A stretch of DNA of 64,000 bases, taken from positions 310,001 through 374,000 of IMG/VR virus record IMGVR_UViG_3300017917_001342; one strand, 5' to 3'. The notes under the pieces are model-generated. The model worked only from the letters and a program-made list of their open reading frames with translations. It ran no database searches and was not told where the DNA came from. Each line of letters begins with the position of its first letter. Positions within the stretch are counted from its first letter, which is position 1. The translations under genes and the position numbers were made by a program. Below, one piece after another: positions 45,105 through 55,177 of the stretch.

Positions 45105-47675
45105 TTAATTCATTACATCTTGACGCTTGACAGTACTAAGTGGACTGCGACTACCGTCATCTACAGGTGTTTCATCAACAAACGGATCTTTGTCAAATTC
45201 ATCACGATTGTTAGCAGTTAGTGGACTATCAAATCCTGCATTACTTGGTTCTAAATCAGCTTCTGCTAAAACTTGTGAATATTCTTTACTGTAATTTTTG
45301 AATATAGAAATTGCACGTTCTGCCATTAGCGTATTGTCGCCGATTTTACCAAAGCGTTGATTCAAGTGTGGGCCGTCCCATACATATTCTTCAGTATCTA
45401 AAGGTTCACCTTCGCTGCTGTTTTCTTTGTTACCATAGTCGTGATCAGCATTTTCAAGTGCCATTCCACACTGGCATTCACCTTCTGGTGCACCGCATCC
45501 GCAATCACTGCCATGATGATCACATGTGCAGGCATCTACAGGTCTGCCGCATCCGTCACAAATGTCAATACGTTTTACACTGATTTGATCACCAATTCCG
45601 GCATTGCGTAGCATAGCAGCAAGTCTATCAACATCTTCGTCAGTTGCACTAATACTCAACGATTTAGTTACACGACCGTCTCTAACATCCATGTTACTGT
45701 TAACAGTAACACTTTCTTCAAAATGATTCACATCGGTGCCACCTGTTACAACCATGCCCCATTCTTCTGGGCCATTATTAGTAGCACCAAGAGGTGTAAA
45801 AGGTGCTCCCACTAAAGGTGCATCTTCACTCACTTCGTCGCTAACACCGTATTTGTGCATTAGATCTTCTATACTCATATCAGTTGACATGTCATCAACT
45901 TTTGCAGTATCTTCTATGTCTTGTATGTCATCAGCATTTTTAAGGCCTGCTAATTCCATTATACGGTCAACCGATTCTCCCATAACACCTTGTGCTATTG
46001 CAGCAAGAGCTAGCTGAGCTTCCTCTGAATTATTTTTGTTGTACTGAACTGGATCAGCTTTCATTATACCACGTATTCTAGCTCTAGTTGCTTTATCAGC
46101 CAGACCCGAATCACTACCAACATAACGAGTTCTACCATCAGCACCAACGAACTGATACCATTCTTCGTCGTTATATTCAACTGACAGTCCTGTAGGTTTA
46201 CCTATGTTAGCCGGGACACCTGGTAGTTTACCAGTACTTGCTGCACCCATGCGTGTATCACCGCCGGCTACTGCACCTGTTCCTGCTGCTGCGCCAGTAC
46301 TTGCTGCACCTGTTCCTGCTGCTGTAGCAGGCTTAGCACCAGTTTGTCCCGGCTTATTTGCAACTAGTTTCTTACCAGCTGGAGTATCTACATAACTGTA
46401 TCCCAATGGTGCATTGCCACGTTCTGCTGCCATTGCATCCATTGTGGCTTTTGTTTTAGCTACTCTAGCAGCATAACTATCAGTTGCAGCAGGAGTTGCT
46501 GCGTTTGCTGCTACTAGTTTCTTACCAGCAGGTGTATCTATGTATTTGTAACCAGCAGGTGCTGCACCAGTTGCTGCGGTAGCAGCAGTTGCACCTGGTA
46601 CACCGTATCTACCATCAAGCGATTTAGGTAGAACTGCCGGTGATTCTCGACCAGTGTTTGATTTAGGAACTGCACCAGGTACACCATATGTACCGCCAAT
46701 TGACCTAGGCAATACAGATGGATCTTCTAAACCAGTTTTAGGTTTAGCATTTCTTGCTCGAATATTGTTTGCAGCTCTAAGAACTCTCTTACCTACTTCG
46801 GTAGGCGAAGTAGCCGCTGGAACATCAATTCTATCCAGCCATTCATTACCAAATCCCATTGGATCTGCTTCGTTTATAGACTCGTTAGTTTCCCAGCCAC
46901 CGCCAACTCGTTTTAGTTTCGGACTATTCCATGCTAGTCCTTTTTCACCTTTGACGTTAGTCTGATAAGGTTTACCTCTCCACATAAAGACTCCGCCACC
47001 ACCGCCTGCTGCTTTTCTTGCAGCAGCAAATGCTTTACCAAACGACAAATTGTCATAGCTTTGCGGACTTTGCGGAGACGCAGTTGCAGGTTTGTTAGTA
47101 GTTGTCTTAGTTGGTACAACTGCACCAGTCATACTTCCAGATGATGCTGTTACAGGCGAAGTTGCAGTTTTTGGTCTATAAGTCGGATCACTTGTTACAC
47201 CGCCACTTGTGTCTGGTGGTAATTTACCAGTGCTTGCTGCACCCATACGGGTATCACCGCCGGCGATTGCACCAGACGAAGTTTTAGAAGCAGCAGGCAT
47301 ACCTGTCGGAGTCGGCGCAGGGCGTGCACCGCCAATTTGCCAACCAGTAGATGCTTGCGCTGTTGGGAATTGACCAGATTCTGGTTCAGTACCTTGATAA
47401 TTTGTATCGTCTGTCCATTCATTGCCAAATCCCATCGGGTCGCCTTCGTCCATCTGCCCGGAATTCTTTAGCATACCTTTTAGAGTATCTATATCGCCCT
47501 CTTCCATTGGAACAGTTGGGCATTCTTTAAGACCATGTACAGGGCAAGATTCGCCTTCTGCGGTCATAGAACATGTGCTGCCTTCAGTTGTAGCTTCTTC
47601 TTCTGCTACGTAATTTTTTGTAACGCCAAGGCTTTCTATAGCCCTGAGCTTTCCTATCATGCTATGGAAATCCAT
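45105..47675 (-). CDS. large low-complexity protein with internal duplications, putative internal virion protein
   Basis: Duplicated E.DPMGFGNEW, AGGDTRMGAASTGKLP and Y.Y.DTPAGKKLVA; RIMELAGL motif. Confidence 0.6.
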   Translation of the reverse strand: MDFHSMIGKLRAIESLGVTKNYVAEEEATTEGSTCSMTAEGESCPVHGLKECPTVPMEEGDIDTLKGMLKNSGQMDEGDPMGFGNEWTDDTNYQGTEPESGQFPTAQASTGWQIGGARPAPTPTGMPAASKTSSGAIAGGDTRMGAASTGKLPPDTSGGVTSDPTYRPKTATSPVTASSGSMTGAVVPTKTTTNKPATASPQSPQSYDNLSFGKAFAAARKAAGGGGGVFMWRGKPYQTNVKGEKGLAWNSPKLKRVGGGWETNESINEADPMGFGNEWLDRIDVPAATSPTEVGKRVLRAANNIRARNAKPKTGLEDPSVLPRSIGGTYGVPGAVPKSNTGRESPAVLPKSLDGRYGVPGATAATAATGAAPAGYKYIDTPAGKKLVAANAATPAATDSYAARVAKTKATMDAMAAERGNAPLGYSYVDTPAGKKLVANKPGQTGAKPATAAGTGAASTGAAAGTGAVAGGDTRMGAASTGKLPGVPANIGKPTGLSVEYNDEEWYQFVGADGRTRYVGSDSGLADKATRARIRGIMKADPVQYNKNNSEEAQLALAAIAQGVMGESVDRIMELAGLKNADDIQDIEDTAKVDDMSTDMSIEDLMHKYGVSDEVSEDAPLVGAPFTPLGATNNGPEEWGMVVTGGTDVNHFEESVTVNSNMDVRDGRVTKSLSISATDEDVDRLAAMLRNAGIGDQISVKRIDICDGCGRPVDACTCDHHGSDCGCGAPEGECQCGMALENADHDYGNKENSSEGEPLDTEEYVWDGPHLNQRFGKIGDNTLMAERAISIFKNYSKEYSQVLAEADLEPSNAGFDSPLTANNRDEFDKDPFVDETPVDDGSRSPLSTVKRQDVMN

Positions 47676-47679
47676 TGGT

Positions 47680-48495
47680 TTATCCCTTCTTTATGAATTC
47701 TGGTTTGTTAGGTGCTTTGGGTGCTGCAAGATTTACTCTGTTTCCGTCTGCATCTTTGTAAAACTTGTAAAGATGTGCTGCACCATCATCAAAATTGCCC
47801 TCTGGGCCTAAACCACTGCGAGGTGTTGGAGGTTGTGTATTATTAGAGGCTTTTGATACTGGTTTAGGTGTATCATATCTTGCATTAAAATCGGCTGTAT
47901 CTTGTGTTGGTTCTGCAGATTTAACCTTGCTCATATCAAGCCAACTAAACAACGGAGTAGGAGCATTGTACTCGTCGCTAGGGCGATGTTGTTTTACAGA
48001 TGCAAGATAATCTAAAAAGCGTTTGTTGTATGCATCACCGAATATATCTGTTGTAACAGGCTGTTCAACATCTTGGTATAAACGGTCAGTGCTTAATCTG
48101 GCAGCAGGTGTTAACCCTTTGTCAAATGCTGCAATTTTGAAACCTTTTTCGATCATGCCGCGATCAGCGTTGGTTTCGACAGGTTCGGTTGCAGTACGCA
48201 CAACTATTAATTTTTCAGCAACATTTAAGACTTCTCTCAAGCCTTCCATTGTTACATAACTGCTGAGAGGCTGGCCTGTTACAAAATTAATTTGGTGTAC
48301 TATATGGTTTGGTATGTCAATAAAATCTAGATTGTCACCTGTAATTTTTTGAGGTGCAGTAATATCTAGCAGATTAAATTGCTGCAAATAACTAGCTATA
48401 GCAGCACATTGCTCATCAGTTGGTTCTACAACTAATTTTATTACATAGCCGTATTCTCTAGCGTTTTCTGCCAGATATTGCTTAAATGACTTCAT
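47680..48495 (-). CDS. hypothetical protein with a T4 CTS-like leader
   Basis: MKSFKQYLAE; CTAAATA promoter at ~48522-48528. Confidence 0.7.
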   Translation of the reverse strand: MKSFKQYLAENAREYGYVIKLVVEPTDEQCAAIASYLQQFNLLDITAPQKITGDNLDFIDIPNHIVHQINFVTGQPLSSYVTMEGLREVLNVAEKLIVVRTATEPVETNADRGMIEKGFKIAAFDKGLTPAARLSTDRLYQDVEQPVTTDIFGDAYNKRFLDYLASVKQHRPSDEYNAPTPLFSWLDMSKVKSAEPTQDTADFNARYDTPKPVSKASNNTQPPTPRSGLGPEGNFDDGAAHLYKFYKDADGNRVNLAAPKAPNKPEFIKKG

Positions 48496-48519
48496 GATAC
48501 AAAATGCTCCAATGTGACA

Positions 48520-49026
48520 TTATTTAGCAGGGTTTTGCAATTCACCGAGCTGTTTAAGCAGTTCGTTACGATCCAGCATAGTAGCTTTGCCTTCTACTGT
48601 ATCTGTAGTGGTTGGTTTATATGATCTGTCCATCTTTAATTTGTCTAATTGAAGCTTTAACATTTTGAGTTTTTTATCAACTTTACTGTTTTTAGCATCA
48701 ACAGCAATTTTTAACATTTGGCTACTACTGCTGAATATTTCACCTGCGTGTCGTATTTCAACGTTCATACCAAGGTCTTGAAGATCTTTGTGTGCTTGAA
48801 TAGCAAGTTCTGCTAATTCATCCATTTCTTCATCGTGTACATCACGACCTCTGGCTTCACTTAATTGTTTATCAATTTGATCAGCTAGTTCTAATGCAGC
48901 ACGAATTTCTGTTTCTGGTAAATTTGTTTGTTCGTCAGCAACAGTATCATCATCGTCAAATGCATCAGTATCATCTATACTGTCTAATTCAAATGTACTT
49001 TCTAAAGTTCTAAACCTTTTGCTCAT
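48520..49026 (-). CDS. putative terminase small subunit (gp16-like)
   Basis: Helical profile with C-term LDRNELLKQL; position near gp17 and gp4. Confidence 0.5.
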   Translation of the reverse strand: MSKRFRTLESTFELDSIDDTDAFDDDDTVADEQTNLPETEIRAALELADQIDKQLSEARGRDVHDEEMDELAELAIQAHKDLQDLGMNVEIRHAGEIFSSSSQMLKIAVDAKNSKVDKKLKMLKLQLDKLKMDRSYKPTTTDTVEGKATMLDRNELLKQLGELQNPAK

Positions 49027-49466
49027 TTTCGCCTCGTGGTTGGTTTAGTAATATAAATGTCGTTTTCAGTGAGAACTCTGAATGTCATGCCGTTCTTTTT
49101 GCACCATGCCATTGCAGCCGCCCACTTCGCACTATTAATTAGCAATACTGCCTTGTCTCTTTTACTTTTTGCGTTTTCTAAAATAGCTTCTTTAGTTGGT
49201 TTTACTTCTACTATTTCTGCTCGGCGTTGACCATTCTTGTCTTGATACAGTACCATAAAGTCTGGTATATAACGACGCTGCTCACCAGTTAACGGATTTA
49301 TATACGGTATGCTTATGCTTTCGCTTGCCCATTGCAACACACTTGGATGGCTGTCAAGGAAATTCATCACAGTTAATTCCCAACTAGATCTAAATGTAGG
49401 CTGTGCATTACCTATTAGTTTTTGTGGATTCTTTGGTACAAATATACCTTGACTGTATTTGGCCAT
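49023..49466 (-). CDS. gp4: head completion nuclease (T4 gp4, TnsA-like)
   Basis: F.PKNP.K, FRSSWE, WASE...IPY, YIPDF, VEVKP, KWAAA. Confidence 0.92.
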   Translation of the reverse strand: MAKYSQGIFVPKNPQKLIGNAQPTFRSSWELTVMNFLDSHPSVLQWASESISIPYINPLTGEQRRYIPDFMVLYQDKNGQRRAEIVEVKPTKEAILENAKSKRDKAVLLINSAKWAAAMAWCKKNGMTFRVLTENDIYITKPTTRRK

Positions 49467-49467
49467 A

Positions 49468-49944
49468 TTATCTACCTATTGCTGCTGCTATTGTGGGACC
49501 AAGAGTTGGGTTGTTACTCCAATTCGGTGTTAGGTTTAGACCAACATATCCAATTTGACTACTGGGATCTCGTATACTGTTAATGGTATATAAGAAGTCG
49601 TTTAATAGTACACCTTGTTTAAACAGGTTTTGTACTGGCTGCCCTGTTTGTGTTGCATAATATGTTGCTAGGTTTGCTAACACTTCGATTAGATCGTCCG
49701 GTACACCTTGCCCGCCAAACAAACCCTTTGCTAAATTATAGGTCTGTGCTTGCATACCTGTTACGTATACAGCAGGTGCTTGCGATAAACCATAATTTGT
49801 TGCATCACTTGCAGATGAAACAGGATTTCCACTACCATCGGCAAATTGCCAATTACCGTTTCTATTAACAACTTGTAACTGACCGCTGTTTAATGCAAGT
49901 TGCTTTCGTATGTTGTTTAATATTACATCTTTGTTAAGAGCCAT
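49468..49944 (-). CDS. hypothetical protein
   Basis: 158 aa, coupled. Confidence 0.65.
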   Translation of the reverse strand: MALNKDVILNNIRKQLALNSGQLQVVNRNGNWQFADGSGNPVSSASDATNYGLSQAPAVYVTGMQAQTYNLAKGLFGGQGVPDDLIEVLANLATYYATQTGQPVQNLFKQGVLLNDFLYTINSIRDPSSQIGYVGLNLTPNWSNNPTLGPTIAAAIGR

Positions 49945-51221
49945 TAGTAGGTACCTCTTGGATTATACGGATAACCGCTGCCACCACTGTTATTGTTCAA
50001 TGCATTTTTTGCAGAAGGTGGTTGCAACCCGCCAGTACCAAAATTGTAATTTCCGTAGGTACTAAGAGTACTGTTAGATGGATTCAACGCTACAGAAAAT
50101 GTTGTTAAGAACGGTGCAGCAATCGCAGATGTTGCTGCTGGTAACGATCCAAACGGTAATCCAGACAACACAGCACCAGCTATAGTGCTAGCAATAGTGT
50201 TATTGCTGTAGGTTCTTGATACAGGTGCAGTTGTATAATAGACGTTATCAAATGCATTTGTTGCATTGGTATATGTTATAGCACCCGGTGTGCCAGATGT
50301 TATACCCATACCAGATTTTGGATTAGTTGTTTTAGTAAATGCGTTGTAACTGACCTTAGATAATCCAAAGTTGGCAACTGCGGCAGCGGCTGTGCCTATA
50401 ATACTAGCTTCTGGCTGGTTTGAATTGGCAATATACTGACTAATCATAGTATCAGCTACATTTGCCAATGCATCGCGTATTACGCCTGCTACACTAACAT
50501 CGGGTTCTACTGCTGGCGGGCCAAGATCAAATCCAAATTGCGCTGCTAACGACGGAGTAATATTTTGACTAGGATCGTAATTAACTGTCTCATATGTAAC
50601 CTGCATACCTATGTCAGTTAATTGTTCCCCATCGCTTTGATATGAGTTAAAGTTTACGTTTGTTATTCTAGGATTTAGATAACTGAATCGTGTGTACTTT
50701 AATCCAAATATTGCATAGACTTCTAGTCTGGTAAAAAAGTTTATTTCTTCAGTGAGAGGTCTTAATCCCCAGCCAGTGCCATCACTGAATGTAGGCGACA
50801 CTGGACTCTGATTCATTGTCAACGCAGACTTTTGTCTAGCATCACCAAAATAGTAAGTAAAATACTGTCGCCACATGTCAAGTGGCTTGTTGTCTACTGT
50901 GTCCCATATAGTTAAGTTTACTGGTTTATAATCAATGTTGGTATAGACAGGTCTGTGGCGATTGTATTGATTAAGAGTTTTAACCTTTAAATCGACGTTG
51001 GGTTTGTCAACTTTTTTGATTTTAAAACTTATACCGTTTACGCCGCCAAGTTCTCGCAACCATGGATATATTGCAGCAGCTTGGCTATTAACAACAAAGT
51101 TTGCATAATACATCCACTGGTAACGTGGAACTGCATACATGTATTGTCCAGGACTCTGTGCCCCAAACATCCATGCAGCATATTGCTTGTTTCTAAATGA
51201 TGTAATCTGTGCTATAGCCAT
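49944..51221 (-). CDS. tail tube-like/baseplate protein (gp19/gp48/gp54 fold paralog)
   Basis: VDKP.V....LNQYN...YKPVNLTIWD pattern shared with the tube protein; TATAAATA upstream. Confidence 0.6.
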   Translation of the reverse strand: MAIAQITSFRNKQYAAWMFGAQSPGQYMYAVPRYQWMYYANFVVNSQAAAIYPWLRELGGVNGISFKIKKVDKPNVDLKVKTLNQYNRHRPVYTNIDYKPVNLTIWDTVDNKPLDMWRQYFTYYFGDARQKSALTMNQSPVSPTFSDGTGWGLRPLTEEINFFTRLEVYAIFGLKYTRFSYLNPRITNVNFNSYQSDGEQLTDIGMQVTYETVNYDPSQNITPSLAAQFGFDLGPPAVEPDVSVAGVIRDALANVADTMISQYIANSNQPEASIIGTAAAAVANFGLSKVSYNAFTKTTNPKSGMGITSGTPGAITYTNATNAFDNVYYTTAPVSRTYSNNTIASTIAGAVLSGLPFGSLPAATSAIAAPFLTTFSVALNPSNSTLSTYGNYNFGTGGLQPPSAKNALNNNSGGSGYPYNPRGTY

Positions 51222-51240
51222 GAAAATATTTATACCAATA

Positions 51241-51268
51241 AAAAAGCTGCCGTAATGGCAGCTTTTTT
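51241..51268. terminator. terminator after the tail tube gene
   Basis: AAAAAGCTGCC-GTAAT-GGCAGCTTTTT. Confidence 0.8.
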
Positions 51269-51293
51269 TGATTCTGAGTTGTATCGGTAATTA

Positions 51294-51890
51294 TTAACCG
51301 ACTTGTATACCAACACCAGTGATAGGTGCAACCTGTGGCATGATAGTATTGTCTTGTGTAGCGTTGTCGTAACGTATTGTCATAGTAATCATTACCTGAT
51401 CACTACTTTCATAACTGAAACTATCGTAACCTACTTTTTCTAGATAGCAACCTTCTAGATACCAATTTTCTAATACACCACTGTTACTACCATCCAGTGT
51501 TTCAATCTGTGTAGTGAACTTGTAGTTAATACCTGCTAATGCACTGGTTTGGTCGAAGTGGTTCATTTGCTTTTGCAACTGTGTTGCAACCAATCTACTT
51601 GCACTGCTATTAACATCGTCACGAACTTTGAGTTCAATTGTATCCCATTCCGGTTTACTTGGTAGATACATTACGTTGTTATAGCTGTGTACTTTTGTTG
51701 CAGATGTTGAAATAGATGGTCTACCGCATTCTGCAACTTGCCGTGTCATTTCAATGGCTGCACCAGTAGGGCCAAAGTTTTGCATACTAATTCTAAAGCG
51801 ATATTTCAGCTTAGGCATCAATATGCCAAGACCGCTAGTGCCCGGTACAATTGGTACGCCAAACTTGCTCAGTGTGGGCTGGAACGCCAT
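51294..51890 (-). CDS. gp19: tail tube protein (T4 gp19-like)
   Basis: PKLKYRFR, RP....., KPEWDTIEL.VRDD, ENW.LEGCY, MTIRYD; TATAAATA promoter ~51915-51922 and AAGGAG RBS. Confidence 0.85.
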   Translation of the reverse strand: MAFQPTLSKFGVPIVPGTSGLGILMPKLKYRFRISMQNFGPTGAAIEMTRQVAECGRPSISTSATKVHSYNNVMYLPSKPEWDTIELKVRDDVNSSASRLVATQLQKQMNHFDQTSALAGINYKFTTQIETLDGSNSGVLENWYLEGCYLEKVGYDSFSYESSDQVMITMTIRYDNATQDNTIMPQVAPITGVGIQVG

Positions 51891-51954
51891 GTTAGTGTCT
51901 CCTTGTTTGCAATATTATTTATATCAACCGGTGAGGTATAATTTTCTATGCAAA

Positions 51955-51983
51955 TTGATAGTCTATCAAAGATAGACTATAAT
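51955..51983 (+). promoter_or_regulatory. sigma70 promoter with an overlapping operator-like inverted repeat
   Basis: TTGATA-N17-TATAAT; ATAGTCTATC-AAA-GATAGACTAT at 51958-51980. Confidence 0.7.
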
Positions 51984-51989
51984 TAAAAT

Positions 51990-52757
51990 ATGGAGTCTAA
52001 TATGCAAATCAAAAGAATACCCGACAGTTGGTTACTGTTTATATTTCAAGTCATTGCTCATGTAGGGTTGGTGTTACTTGTTGTTTATGGCGATTGGTAT
52101 CATTGGCTTATGAGTTTTTCAGTTTACTTTGTAACAGGTTGTTTTGGTATGACAATGACATACCACAGACTGTTAAGTCATAAAAGTTGGAATGCACCAA
52201 GTTGGTTTGAAAAATTTGGAACACTTTGTGGCACCTATGGATTAGTAGGCAGCAGTATAGGTTGGGTTGCAATTCACCGTGAGCATCACCATCACACAGA
52301 TAAAGAGCAAGACCCACATAGTCCAAAACACAAAGGTTTTGCATCAGTACAATGGTTAAGCATGTTCGAAAAACCAAACCCAAAATATGCATTGCATTTA
52401 ATTAAATCACCATTTCATTTGAATTTACACAAATACTATTTTGTTATTCACGCTGCTATATTTGTAGTATTGGCATTGATAAACCCAATGCTGTTGTTAT
52501 CGCTATATTTGGCGCCTGCTGCAATATTATGGAACGCAGGTTCATTAATAAACACACTTACACATATGGTTGGATATAGAAATTACGAAACAAGAGATGA
52601 TAGTACTAACATATTATTCTTAGGGTATTTAATGTGGGGTGAAGGCTGGCATAATAACCACCACAATCAACCAACCAATTCAACATTTGGGGAAAAATGG
52701 TGGGAATTTGACATGGGCGACAAATTTATAAAACTGATTGGGAAATCAAACACATGA
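51990..52757 (+). CDS. membrane fatty acid (delta-9 type) desaturase
   Basis: His boxes HRLLSH, HREHHHH and HNNHH; transmembrane segments; start may be the second Met (52002). Confidence 0.93.
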   Translation: MESNMQIKRIPDSWLLFIFQVIAHVGLVLLVVYGDWYHWLMSFSVYFVTGCFGMTMTYHRLLSHKSWNAPSWFEKFGTLCGTYGLVGSSIGWVAIHREHHHHTDKEQDPHSPKHKGFASVQWLSMFEKPNPKYALHLIKSPFHLNLHKYYFVIHAAIFVVLALINPMLLLSLYLAPAAILWNAGSLINTLTHMVGYRNYETRDDSTNILFLGYLMWGEGWHNNHHNQPTNSTFGEKWWEFDMGDKFIKLIGKSNT

Positions 52758-53614
52758 AAATACTAGTAACAGGAAGTGACGGTTTTATAGGAAAACATTA
52801 TTGCTCTCATGCAGAGCGCGATTCAACTGTGCTAAAAGCTGACAAACAATCTGGTATAGATATATCTAAAGACCGATCTATTTTTGACAGATTTGGCAAA
52901 TGCGATGTTGTTTTGCATTTAGCTGCAACCAATGGAACCAAACTGTTCTACGAAACGCCTGCCGACATAACCATTAATGACACACAAGCTACATTGAATT
53001 TAGTTGATTACTATAGAACAACCAATACTAAAATAGTGTTTAGTAGCAGTTGCGAAATTGTCAATGGTGCAGTCGATAGCGGATTATCAGCTGTGCCAAC
53101 CAATGAAAACACTCCAATAGTGTTCAACAACATTGCCAATCCACGATGGAGTTACAGTCTACCAAAGGCATTAGGTGAAAATCTAATAATTAACTCCGGT
53201 GCACCTTGGCTAATAATCAGGTACTTTAATGTCTACGGTCCAGGTCAGCGATATCACTTCCTTGACGAATTCATTTCAAGAGTTGCAGCAGGCGAATATT
53301 ATATAAAAGGCAACGATTATAGAAGCTTCTGTTATGTAGATGATGCTGTTGATATGACACATACCCTGATAAAACATCACCAAGGTTGCATTGTAAATAT
53401 AGGTAAGCCAGAGATGGTATTAATCAGTGATGTTGCTAGACTAATAATGGATTTAATGGGAGTAGATCCAGAGAAACTGAAAATACTACCAGGTGCAGTG
53501 GGCAGTGTATCTAAAAGATGTCCCGATACTACTCTGGTTAAAGAATTAACAGGGTTTACTCAATACACTGATTTGAAATCAGGTCTTAGAAAAACCATAG
53601 AAAGTTTATTATGA
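52754..53614 (+). CDS. NAD-dependent nucleotide-sugar epimerase/dehydratase
   Basis: TGSDGFIG, HLAA, YSLPK (YxxxK), RYFNVYGP. Confidence 0.92.
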   Translation: MKILVTGSDGFIGKHYCSHAERDSTVLKADKQSGIDISKDRSIFDRFGKCDVVLHLAATNGTKLFYETPADITINDTQATLNLVDYYRTTNTKIVFSSSCEIVNGAVDSGLSAVPTNENTPIVFNNIANPRWSYSLPKALGENLIINSGAPWLIIRYFNVYGPGQRYHFLDEFISRVAAGEYYIKGNDYRSFCYVDDAVDMTHTLIKHHQGCIVNIGKPEMVLISDVARLIMDLMGVDPEKLKILPGAVGSVSKRCPDTTLVKELTGFTQYTDLKSGLRKTIESLL

Positions 53615-54408
53615 AAATAGGAATAATAGGTGTAGGGATAGTTGGTAATGCATTAAAATATGGGTTTGAACAATTAGGACATGAAGTTCGTGTTCATGAT
53701 ATAAAATTACCAACAGCTATCACAGACGTGTTAGATACAGAAATTGCATTTATATGTGTACCTAGCCCGTCAACTGCAAACGGCGAATGCGATACAACTA
53801 TTATAGAAAGTGTAATAGACGAATTAAACAGTTACAACTATGCAGGAATAGTTGCAATAAAAACCACAGTTGTACCAGGCTTTACAGAAAGCATTATCAA
53901 ACACTATAATAAATTAATCGTATGTTTTGTTCCCGAATTTTTAAGAGAACGCTGTGCCATTGATGATTTTATAAATCAACACAGTTTATTAGCAGTAGGA
54001 ACACACGACTCTAACGTGTACAATAAAATTGTGCAAGCACATGGATATTTTCCAAAACAAACAGCACAATTAACCCCCACCGAAGCAGAGTTATTAAAAT
54101 ATTTCAACAACGTGTATGCTGCATTGCGTATTTCATTTGCTAATATAATGTACGAAGTTTCGAATAAACTGAATTGCAATTATACTACAATTAAAAATTC
54201 ATACATCATGACGGGAAAAGCTAAAGATCTATATCTAGATGTAAATCCACAATTACGTGGGTATAGTGGTACATGTTTGCCAAAAGACACAAAAGCATTG
54301 AGTGTGTTGATTAAACAATTGGATCTCGATTACGAGTTAATAGAATCAATACACAACGACAATGAAAAATTTGATAAAACTGTATTTCCGGGTATGAGAC
54401 ATGAATAA
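53611..54408 (+). CDS. UDP-glucose/GDP-mannose dehydrogenase family, lacking the C-terminal domain
   Basis: GVGIVG, PEFLRE, KYFNN, GYSGTCLPKD. Confidence 0.9.
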   Translation: MKIGIIGVGIVGNALKYGFEQLGHEVRVHDIKLPTAITDVLDTEIAFICVPSPSTANGECDTTIIESVIDELNSYNYAGIVAIKTTVVPGFTESIIKHYNKLIVCFVPEFLRERCAIDDFINQHSLLAVGTHDSNVYNKIVQAHGYFPKQTAQLTPTEAELLKYFNNVYAALRISFANIMYEVSNKLNCNYTTIKNSYIMTGKAKDLYLDVNPQLRGYSGTCLPKDTKALSVLIKQLDLDYELIESIHNDNEKFDKTVFPGMRHE

Positions 54409-55177
54409 CAGCATCAAAGACTTAATATTGTCGCAATCAACTGCTGTACGTACCAGTGTGCTACCCGAAGTTAACAATTTAATCAGCACAGTTAAACCAG
54501 ATTTCGACAGTGTAAGACCCTACAAAACAGCTATAGTAGATTGGTTAAAACCTGTTGTAGATCTATCAGGATACAGCGTTTATCCAACCAATGGTATTAC
54601 CGAAGGTTTGAATTGGTGGTATAATAGAGAAAAAAGAGCAGTATGGGTTAAGCCGGGTGATTACCAATGGGTAACTACCAGAATGAATGGCGGTCCTGCA
54701 ATTGTCTATCAAAGTTTACCTAGTAGCATAGATGGCAACTACACAGCACTACATACCGACGCTGCAATGGCATTAGACTTAGCCTATGTTGGCAGCACAG
54801 TGCCTATGCGTATAGAGTTGCATCAAAATGTAGATGTAGTGTTTTATAGTCTTAGTAAAGCGTTTGGTGTAAGAAATGTGAGAACTGGATGGATTTTTAC
54901 AAAACAACCAGACCCTGCATTAGATGCACTTACGCATAGTGCAAAATACTATAATTATTTTGCAGTCGATATAGCTGAGCGCATAATAGAGAACTACGAT
55001 ATTGGATATGTGCATAGCCGCCTTAAACACAAACAATTGCAAGTCTGCGACATGTTAGATTTAACTCCTAGTGACAGTGTTTGGTTAGCAACCAGTGAAC
55101 ATGAAGACTATGCAAAATTTAGGCGTAACCAAAACACAGCAAGAATTTGTTTATCAGGAGCATATGAATTATGTTAA
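54401..55177 (+). CDS. PLP-dependent aminotransferase (class I/II-like)
   Basis: DLAY and SLSKAFG...RTGW PLP motifs. Confidence 0.75.
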   Translation: MNNSIKDLILSQSTAVRTSVLPEVNNLISTVKPDFDSVRPYKTAIVDWLKPVVDLSGYSVYPTNGITEGLNWWYNREKRAVWVKPGDYQWVTTRMNGGPAIVYQSLPSSIDGNYTALHTDAAMALDLAYVGSTVPMRIELHQNVDVVFYSLSKAFGVRNVRTGWIFTKQPDPALDALTHSAKYYNYFAVDIAERIIENYDIGYVHSRLKHKQLQVCDMLDLTPSDSVWLATSEHEDYAKFRRNQNTARICLSGAYELC

